A stretch of 13,108 nucleotides of DNA from a plasmid. Location: the sequence record NZ_CP044494.1, one strand, 5' to 3'. Position numbers and translations under genes: made by a program. The notes below the pieces were generated by a model, which was not told the DNA's origin, searched no databases, and was given only the letters and a program-made list of their open reading frames with translations. Positions 6,574 to 13,108 of the stretch are shown piece after piece; position 1 is the first letter of the stretch; every line of letters begins with the position of its first letter.

Positions 6574-7376
6574 TTTGGCATGAAAAAGAGTTTGCTGATA
6601 TGTTTGAAGTTCAATCTCCGATACGTGAAACAACTAACCGAGAAAAAATGGACTGGTTAAGAAAACAGTACCAAGAAGAGCTGAAAAAACTAGAATCGTC
6701 TAAAAAGCCCCTAGAAGACGATTTAAGCCATTTAGAAGAGTTGCTTGATGAAAAGACCAAGGAATATATTAAAATCGATTCTGAGACCTCTGAGAGGCTC
6801 TCAGAGCTATCTAAAGCTGAGGGATATATAAATACCTTAGAAAATTATTCGAAGAGCTTAGAAGCGAAAATAGAGCGTTTAGAGCGCGAGGGGCTGAAAT
6901 TAGAAAAACTAAAAACACAAATAGCTGACCTAAAAATCATGTCTGAGAAAGAACTAGCGGCTATTACCCCTAAAAAAGGCGTGTTCGGTAAAGAATATGT
7001 GGAATTGACTAAAGAGCAGTTTGAAGAATTTAAAGGGCTGATATACCGAAGCAGAAACCTTGTTCATCAAAAAGAGCTAGAGAATGAGCAATTAAGGCGG
7101 ATAGTGCCTCTGAGACGCTCTAAAAACGGTTTTGAAGCGAGTTTGGAACGAGCTAAAGAAAAAAGTAAGGGAGAGAGCATAGAGCGTCTTAGGAACGAAA
7201 ATAGAGCGCTTAGAAGTGAAAACTCAGTTTTGAGACAGCAAAATGACAAAATGCTAGGAAAACTGAAAGAGTTTATGCCAGATAAAGCCTTAAAAAATTT
7301 TATATCAGAGTTAAGAGCTATTCAGCCAATCGTAAGGGTAGTTAAACGAGTGATTGAAAAAGGGCTAGGCCTTTGA
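6570..7376 (+). pseudogene. 3-prime fragment of the MobM-like relaxase gene (268 codons, the C-terminal coiled-coil domain). It resumes in frame at the HindIII site. There is an internal Met at 6600 with a weak RBS.
   Basis: AFWHEKEFADMFEVQSPIRETTNREKMDWLRKQYQEELKKLESSKKPLEDDLSHLEELLD... is near-identical to the MobM C-terminal half as I recall it. It is heptad-rich and highly charged. An in-frame TAA from the vector lies immediately upstream. Confidence 0.8.
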
Positions 7377-7379
7377 GCG

Positions 7380-7515
7380 ATTTATGCCGTGAAAGCTAAT
7401 TGACAATAAGCAAGGGCAAAGTACGCTAGGACGTGACGAGCCGAAAGGCTTTAGCGTTTCGAGCCGACACGGACAAAGGACGTCCGCCCTTGGTTACTTG
7501 TTGTCAATTAGACCA
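7380..7515 (+). other. Single-strand origin of ssoA type.
   Basis: The RSB-like motif tttatgccgtgaaag is at 7383-7397. A long imperfect inverted repeat aattgacaataagcaaggg...cccttggttacttgttgtcaatt spans the region. The conserved CS-6 hexamer tagcgt (7452-7457) lies at the central loop. Confidence 0.6.
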
Positions 7516-7529
7516 TGGAATAAAGTAAG

Positions 7530-7545
7530 CGGACATGGTATAATA
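7530..7545 (+). promoter_or_regulatory. Extended -10 promoter candidate (tggtataat) upstream of a small ORF.
   Basis: The -10 at 7536-7544 matches TGnTATAAT. No good -35 is present. Confidence 0.35.
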
Positions 7546-7600
7546 GCTAGGTCGCAACGTTCTTTCGCTAAGTTACGAACTTAGATTGGAGGTGAGCGCT

Positions 7601-7711
7601 GTGAAGACTTTCCTAGAACTTGTTTTGATACCTTTTGTGGTTGGCGTTGCTGCAGAGGTAAGTGCTGATTGGTTGATTCGGTATGTTCGAAACAAACGCG
7701 ACAAAAATTAA
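7601..7711 (+). CDS. Small hydrophobic peptide ORF of 36 aa with a GTG start. It may be a copy-control or leader element.
   Basis: Strong SD ggaggtga lies 8 nt upstream of the GTG. Product VKTFLELVLIPFVVGVAAEVSADWLIRYVRNKRDKN. A terminator follows. Confidence 0.3.
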   Translation: MKTFLELVLIPFVVGVAAEVSADWLIRYVRNKRDKN

Positions 7712-7740
7712 CCTGAGTTCTTTTTGAGGACAAAAAAGAA

Positions 7741-7771
7741 AGACAGTAGTTCCAGCTACTGTCTTTTTTTG
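7741..7771 (+). terminator. Rho-independent terminator.
   Basis: agacagtag ttccag ctactgtct tttttttg is a perfect 9-bp stem followed by a T7 run. Confidence 0.6.
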
Positions 7772-7901
7772 CGTTGTGCTATTCGTTTCCTAGAACTTCT
7801 AGCGTTAAAATTATTATACCACGTTTGGATTTAGAAAGTCAAAATTTGAGGTTTTAGGGGTGAATTTTTCGTGAAACGAAAAAGAGGGCTGAAAAGCCCT
7901 T

Positions 7902-8011
7902 AAAAACCCATGCGTAGCAAGGGTTTTTTCTTATCTTGATACATATAGAAATAATGAGTTTTTTTATTTTCTTGTTTTAAAGCACCTCAAACCCTTGATA
8001 TTGCTGGGTTT
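7902..8011 (+). other. Double-strand origin region of the pC194 family. Two CTTGATA nick-motif copies sit beside hairpins.
   Basis: ttcttatcttgatacatatag (7928-7948) matches the pC194-type nick region, with CTTG/ATA at 7935-7941. Hairpin aaaaaccc-N11-gggttttt is at 7902-7928. A second hairpin aaaccc-ttgatattgct-gggttt (7989-8011) holds a second CTTGATA in its loop. Confidence 0.55.
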
Positions 8012-8030
8012 TTAGGTAACAAAAAAGCCC

Positions 8031-8059
8031 TTGCAATTTAATAAAATAAAGTTTATAAT
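8031..8059 (+). promoter_or_regulatory. rep promoter.
   Basis: ttgcaa, a 17-nt spacer, then tataat. Confidence 0.5.
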
Positions 8060-8095
8060 TTAAGTGTCCAATTTAAAATAATAAACTTAGGAGAA

Positions 8096-9115
8096 TTGCA
8101 GGAACTTTTTTATATACTCAAAAAAATTTTTTTGCAAGAAAATTATAACATGACAGGTACTGAAAATCAAGTCTTTAAGGACTATTCTAAGAATGGCAAA
8201 GATAGAAAGTGGCGAGAACGCAAGTTAAAAAATATTGAGCTTGCTGGTCGTTTAGAGCGTTTAGGATATCGTTCGTTTGAACGGGTCTATCAATGTGCCG
8301 AAGTGTTGAAGTTTATCGAACAACAAGACGGCACGAAAAAACTCTATCAGTCTTATTTTTGCAAAAATAAGCTCTGCCCAATTTGTAACTGGAGACGGTC
8401 AATGAAGTATGCTTATCAAGCTGAATTAGTGGTAAATGAAGCAATGAAACGCTATCCAAAAGGTCGCTTTCTCTTTTTGACCTTGACGATTAAGAACATT
8501 AGTGGTGAAAAATTAAATAAATCAATTTCAGAAATAGGGCGAGCTTTTAATCGTCTTATGAAATACAAGAAAGTCGATAAAAATGTTATTGGCTATTTGC
8601 GAGCCACTGAGGTAACTTATTCAACTGAGCATGAGAATTATCACCCTCATTTGCATGTATTGTTATTTGTGAAATCTAGCTATTTTACTGGAAATAATAC
8701 AAATTACATTAGCCAAGAAGAATGGACGAAACTATGGGCTAAGGCGATGAAATTGGATTATACACCTGTAGTTGATATTCGAACCGTCAAAGCTCATAAA
8801 CGTAAAAACTTGAAGTCAGCTATTATCGAAACAGCTAAATATCCTGTTAAGCCTTTTGATGTAGATACAGAAGATGTGACATTATTCTCTGAAATGGTCA
8901 AAGAACGGATAACAGAAGATTTAACGAATGGTTTGCACCGAAAAAGGCAGATTGGTTTTGGAAAGTTGTTCAAGAAAATCAAGGCGGAGTTAGCTCTTGA
9001 TGATGTCGAAGAAGGGAATCTTGTTCAGACCGGAGCAGAAGAATCTGCAGAAAGTACTGGTCGTGAAATTGTTGCCTTTTGGAATTGGGATAGAAAGAAT
9101 TATTTTGTGAGGTAG
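8096..9115 (+). CDS. rep: Rolling-circle replication initiator of the pC194/pUB110 family. The start is uncertain: TTG at 8096 with AGGAGA only 2 nt upstream. The alternatives are TTG at 8132 or ATG at 8150.
   Basis: CKNKLCPICNWRR corresponds to pC194 CKNRFCPVCAWRK. The HUH motif YHPHLHVLLFV corresponds to NPHFHVLIAV. The active-site motif ETAKYPVK corresponds to EMAKYSGK, with Glu and Tyr conserved. NYNMTGTENQVF aligns with pC194 CYNMEKYTEKKQRNQVF, so the start is upstream of Met19. Confidence 0.85.
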   Translation: MQELFYILKKIFLQENYNMTGTENQVFKDYSKNGKDRKWRERKLKNIELAGRLERLGYRSFERVYQCAEVLKFIEQQDGTKKLYQSYFCKNKLCPICNWRRSMKYAYQAELVVNEAMKRYPKGRFLFLTLTIKNISGEKLNKSISEIGRAFNRLMKYKKVDKNVIGYLRATEVTYSTEHENYHPHLHVLLFVKSSYFTGNNTNYISQEEWTKLWAKAMKLDYTPVVDIRTVKAHKRKNLKSAIIETAKYPVKPFDVDTEDVTLFSEMVKERITEDLTNGLHRKRQIGFGKLFKKIKAELALDDVEEGNLVQTGAEESAESTGREIVAFWNWDRKNYFVR

Positions 9116-9118
9116 CTG

Positions 9119-9529
9119 ATGAGTAAAACAGTATCAGAATTAGCTCAAGAATTGGGAGTTAGTAGGCAGTATCTTAATCGGATTTTATCGCAAAATAATC
9201 TCGGTCGAAAAAAAGGGAATAAAAAAGTAGTTTCCGATATGGACGAGAAAGTACTCATATCAATACTTGAGGGCAATATTGGAAACCAAAAAACGGAAAC
9301 TAAAACGGAAACAAAAACATTAGTTTCCAATATGTCTTTAAGCTCAAGTGAGATAAGGAATTGTGCTAAACTACCAGTTAAGATGTTGCTGATTAAGACG
9401 AGCAATAGACTGTGTCGGCTCGTCTGTCTTTCGGTAATCGAAAGACAGTTTTTGGGGAGGGAAATCTATGAGTTACATGGTTGCAAGAATGCAGAAGATG
9501 AAAGCTGGCAATTTGGGAGGAGCTTTTAA
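9119..9529 (+). CDS. Copy 2 of the HTH ORF, identical to 50..460.
   Basis: Identical sequence at offset 9069. Confidence 0.45.
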   Translation: MSKTVSELAQELGVSRQYLNRILSQNNLGRKKGNKKVVSDMDEKVLISILEGNIGNQKTETKTETKTLVSNMSLSSSEIRNCAKLPVKMLLIKTSNRLCRLVCLSVIERQFLGREIYELHGCKNAEDESWQFGRSF

Positions 9530-9587
9530 GCATAATGAACGTGTTTTTGAGACGCACTCAAATAAAGATATAGACCCGAGCGCTTAG
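9468..9587 (+). pseudogene. Copy 2 of the mob 5-prime stub.
   Basis: Identical to 399..518. Confidence 0.8.
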
Positions 9588-9603
9588 TGGGAATTTGTAC
9601 CCC

Positions 9604-9735
9604 TTATCGATACAAATTCCCCGTAGGCGCTAGGGACCTCTTTAGCTCCTTGGAAGCTGTCAGTAGTATACCTAATAATTTATCTACATTCCCTTTAGTA
9701 ACGTGTAACTTTCCAAATTTACAAAAGCGACTCAT
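9604..9735 (-). CDS. Copy 2 of the ermB-coupled small ORF.
   Basis: Identical to 535..666. Confidence 0.35.
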   Translation of the reverse strand: MSRFCKFGKLHVTKGNVDKLLGILLTASKELKRSLAPTGNLYR

Positions 9736-9739
9736 AGAA

Positions 9740-10477
9740 TTATTTCCTCCCGTTAAATAATAGATAACTATTAAAAATAGACAATACTTGCTCATAAGTA
9801 ACGGTACTTAAATTGTTTACTTTGGCGTGTTTCATTGCTTGATGAAACTGATTTTTAGTAAACAGTTGACGATATTCTCGATTGACCCATTTTGAAACAA
9901 AGTACGTATATAGCTTCCAATATTTATCTGGAACATCTGTGGTATGGCGGGTAAGTTTTATTAAGACACTGTTTACTTTTGGTTTAGGATGAAAGCATTC
10001 CGCTGGCAGCTTAAGCAATTGCTGAATCGAGACTTGAGTGTGCAAGAGCAACCCTAGTGTTCGGTGAATATCCAAGGTACGCTTGTAGAATCCTTCTTCA
10101 ACAATCAGATAGATGTCAGACGCATGGCTTTCAAAAACCACTTTTTTAATAATTTGTGTGCTTAAATGGTAAGGAATACTCCCAACAATTTTATACCTCT
10201 GTTTGTTAGGGAATTGAAACTGTAGAATATCTTGGTGAATTAAAGTGACACGAGTATTCAGTTTTAATTTTTCTGACGATAAGTTGAATAGATGACTGTC
10301 TAATTCAATAGACGTTACCTGTTTACTTATTTTAGCCAGTTTCGTCGTTAAATGCCCTTTACCTGTTCCAATTTCGTAAACGGTATCGGTTTCTTTTAAA
10401 TTCAATTGTTTTATTATTTGGTTGAGTACTTTTTCACTCGTTAAAAAGTTTTGAGAATATTTTATATTTTTGTTCAT
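9740..10477 (-). CDS. ermB: ermB 23S rRNA (adenine-N6)-dimethyltransferase, intact and 245 aa long.
   Basis: [44 protein letters not shown]...LLFNGRK. The SD ggagtga lies 7 nt upstream. The leaderless extended -10 promoter is at 10531-10542. Confidence 0.95.
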
Positions 10478-10854
10478 GTAATCACTCCTTCTTAATTACA
10501 AATTTTTAGCATCTAATTTAACTTCAATTCCTATTATACAAAATTTTAAGATACTGCACTATCAACACACTCTTAAGTTTGCTTCTAAGTCTTATTTCCA
10601 TAACTTCTTTTACGTTTCCGCCATTCTTTGCTGTTTCGATTTTTATGATATGGTGCAAGTCAGCACGAACACGAACCGTCTTATCTCCCATTATATCTTT
10701 TTTTGCACTGATTGGTGTATCATTTCGTTTTTCTTTTTGTGCGCCTAAATTTCCCACAATCACTCACTTCTTTCTATTTCTTCTTATTCTTATTTTATCA
10801 TCAACAATCACAAATCACTTGTGATTTGTGATAAGTGATTTGTGATTAATATAT

Positions 10855-10878
10855 AAAAGCCCTCTTTAAAGGGCTTTT
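10855..10878. terminator. Copy 2 of the bidirectional terminator.
   Basis: Identical to 1785..1808. Confidence 0.55.
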
Positions 10879-10882
10879 ATGT

Positions 10883-11398
10883 TTATTTTGAGAAAGATAT
10901 AAAATCAATATATCCCTTTTCTCCGATTTTTACAACGGCATTGTAGGACTTTCTATCTTTCGTTTTGATTCCTTTTACCAGGGTTTCTTTTCCCTCTAGT
11001 AATTCTTTTACATTTGTTTTGGTGAGTTTTTTCTTTCTAAAATGTTCAGCTAAAGTAAACTTACATTCAGGATAATTTGAACAACCATAAAACGATTTTT
11101 TTAATACAATATTGTTGCCACACTTAGGACATTTTCCTACAATACTTTTTTCTGCTTCTTTTTCTTTCTGTTCCTGGTAATCAGAAAAATTTAGTTTTTC
11201 TATATCGTTAGGTACAGCTTCCAGTAAATGAACAATGAATTTTTTGATATTCGTAATAAAGTTCTCTTGATTGCCTTCTCTTTTACCGATTTTTTTTAAA
11301 TACGTTTCCCATTTAGCCGTCATTTCAGCACTCGTTAAAAGGTGCTGACTTTCAACTGCCTGGCACAATAATTTTCCTTTTTCAGTTACAACAAGCTT
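10883..11398 (-). CDS. Copy 2 of the topoisomerase Zn-ribbon 3-prime fragment, truncated at HindIII (11393-11398).
   Basis: Identical to 1813..2328. Confidence 0.5.
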   Translation of the reverse strand, partial: KLVVTEKGKLLCQAVESQHLLTSAEMTAKWETYLKKIGKREGNQENFITNIKKFIVHLLEAVPNDIEKLNFSDYQEQKEKEAEKSIVGKCPKCGNNIVLKKSFYGCSNYPECKFTLAEHFRKKKLTKTNVKELLEGKETLVKGIKTKDRKSYNAVVKIGEKGYIDFISFSK

Positions 11399-11449
11399 TA
11401 ATGCGGTAGTTTATCACAGTTAAATTGCTAACGCAGTCAGGCACCGTGT

Positions 11450-12640
11450 ATGAAATCTAACAATGCGCTCATCGTCATCCTCGGCACCGTCACCCTGGAT
11501 GCTGTAGGCATAGGCTTGGTTATGCCGGTACTGCCGGGCCTCTTGCGGGATATCGTCCATTCCGACAGCATCGCCAGTCACTATGGCGTGCTGCTAGCGC
11601 TATATGCGTTGATGCAATTTCTATGCGCACCCGTTCTCGGAGCACTGTCCGACCGCTTTGGCCGCCGCCCAGTCCTGCTCGCTTCGCTACTTGGAGCCAC
11701 TATCGACTACGCGATCATGGCGACCACACCCGTCCTGTGGATCCTCTACGCCGGACGCATCGTGGCCGGCATCACCGGCGCCACAGGTGCGGTTGCTGGC
11801 GCCTATATCGCCGACATCACCGATGGGGAAGATCGGGCTCGCCACTTCGGGCTCATGAGCGCTTGTTTCGGCGTGGGTATGGTGGCAGGCCCCGTGGCCG
11901 GGGGACTGTTGGGCGCCATCTCCTTGCATGCACCATTCCTTGCGGCGGCGGTGCTCAACGGCCTCAACCTACTACTGGGCTGCTTCCTAATGCAGGAGTC
12001 GCATAAGGGAGAGCGTCGACCGATGCCCTTGAGAGCCTTCAACCCAGTCAGCTCCTTCCGGTGGGCGCGGGGCATGACTATCGTCGCCGCACTTATGACT
12101 GTCTTCTTTATCATGCAACTCGTAGGACAGGTGCCGGCAGCGCTCTGGGTCATTTTCGGCGAGGACCGCTTTCGCTGGAGCGCGACGATGATCGGCCTGT
12201 CGCTTGCGGTATTCGGAATCTTGCACGCCCTCGCTCAAGCCTTCGTCACTGGTCCCGCCACCAAACGTTTCGGCGAGAAGCAGGCCATTATCGCCGGCAT
12301 GGCGGCCGACGCGCTGGGCTACGTCTTGCTGGCGTTCGCGACGCGAGGCTGGATGGCCTTCCCCATTATGATTCTTCTCGCTTCCGGCGGCATCGGGATG
12401 CCCGCGTTGCAGGCCATGCTGTCCAGGCAGGTAGATGACGACCATCAGGGACAGCTTCAAGGATCGCTCGCGGCTCTTACCAGCCTAACTTCGATCATTG
12501 GACCGCTGATCGTCACGGCGATTTATGCCGCCTCGGCGAGCACATGGAACGGGTTGGCATGGATTGTAGGCGCCGCCCTATACCTTGTCTGCCTCCCCGC
12601 GTTGCGTCGCGGTGCATGGAGCCGGGCCACCTCGACCTGA
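11450..12640 (+). CDS. tetA: tetA(C) copy 2, identical to copy 1.
   Basis: Identical ORF at offset 9070. Confidence 0.97.
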   Translation: MKSNNALIVILGTVTLDAVGIGLVMPVLPGLLRDIVHSDSIASHYGVLLALYALMQFLCAPVLGALSDRFGRRPVLLASLLGATIDYAIMATTPVLWILYAGRIVAGITGATGAVAGAYIADITDGEDRARHFGLMSACFGVGMVAGPVAGGLLGAISLHAPFLAAAVLNGLNLLLGCFLMQESHKGERRPMPLRAFNPVSSFRWARGMTIVAALMTVFFIMQLVGQVPAALWVIFGEDRFRWSATMIGLSLAVFGILHALAQAFVTGPATKRFGEKQAIIAGMAADALGYVLLAFATRGWMAFPIMILLASGGIGMPALQAMLSRQVDDDHQGQLQGSLAALTSLTSIIGPLIVTAIYAASASTWNGLAWIVGAALYLVCLPALRRGAWSRATST

Positions 12641-13108
12641 ATGGAAGCCGGCGGCACCTCGCTAACGGATTCACCACTCCAAGAATTGGAGCCAATCAAT
12701 TCTTGCGGAGAACTGTGAATGCGCAAACCAACCCTTGGCAGAACATGATCCTTATCTGCGTCCGCCATCTCCAGCAGCCGCACGCGGCGCATCTCGGGCA
12801 GCGTTGGGTCCTGGCCACGGTGTGCGCATGATCGTGCTCCTGTCGTTGAGGACCCGGCTAGGCTGGCGGGGTTGCCTTACTGGTTAGCAGAATGAATCAC
12901 CGATACGCGAGCGAACGTGAAGCGACTGCTGCTGCAAAAACGTCTGCGACCTGAGCAACAACATGAATGGTCTTCGGTTTCCGTGTTTCGTAAAGTCTGA
13001 AACGCGGAAGTCCCCTACGTGCTGCTGAAGTTGCCCGCAACAGAGAGGAACCAACCGGTGATACCACGATACTATGACTGAGAGTCAACGCCATGAGCGG
13101 CCTCATTT

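Noticed and set aside
6549-6600. Possible hybrid promoter driving the mob C-terminal fragment from the orphaned tet -35.
   Set aside because: The sequence 16-18 bp downstream of TTGACA (cttttt or tttttg) is not a credible -10.
7067-8982. Antisense ORFs 7067..7249- (inside the mob fragment) and 8794..8982- (inside rep).
   Set aside because: These are short frames with no RBS, antisense to confidently identified genes.
1-13108. Reading the 9-kb repeat as a natural tandem duplication or a novel composite resistance island carrying ermB, cat, tetA(C) and IS1.
   Set aside because: Every junction is a restriction site. The backbone is exactly one pACYC184 unit. The gene set mixes E. coli-only and Gram-positive-only replication functions, which is the hallmark of a laboratory shuttle vector. 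The repeat is most simply a circular sequence read past its origin or a concatemer.

Overview
This window is an engineered E. coli / Gram-positive shuttle plasmid, not a natural genomic locus. It holds about 1.45 head-to-tail copies of a roughly 9.07-kb unit. Position 1 aligns with position 9070, and copy 2 is cut off by the window end. I find no new natural biological system here. The interesting points are how the chimera was built and how the two copies differ.

The unit has three parts:
1. A complete 4245-bp pACYC184 backbone (2329..6573), opened at the HindIII site inside the tet promoter. It carries tetA(C), the rearranged tet-fragment scar known from pACYC184, Tn9 cat, an IS1 end remnant and the p15A origin with RNA I and RNA II.
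2. A streptococcal rolling-circle replicon. Rep belongs to the pC194 family. It has a CTTGATA nick motif, an ssoA-type single-strand origin, and a MobM-like (MobV) relaxase gene that has been cut in two, with its candidate oriT (structure-based) still upstream.
3. A 1.8-kb AvaI-HindIII erm fragment of pAMbeta1/Tn917 type. It carries ermB without its leader attenuator, so expression should be constitutive. It also carries a coupled small ORF and the 3-prime end of a type IA topoisomerase gene.

This architecture matches a pVA838-type vector (pACYC184 joined to an erm-marked pVA380-1 derivative). I recall these sequences from memory. Nothing was searched.

The two copies are not identical. ermB in copy 1 has a 1-bp deletion near its start, while copy 2 is intact. 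The last 350 bp of copy 2 carry five small indel or substitution sites where copy 1 matches the canonical pBR322 sequence. The likeliest causes are an untrimmed circular overlap, a concatemer, or read errors. Real heterogeneity is less likely.
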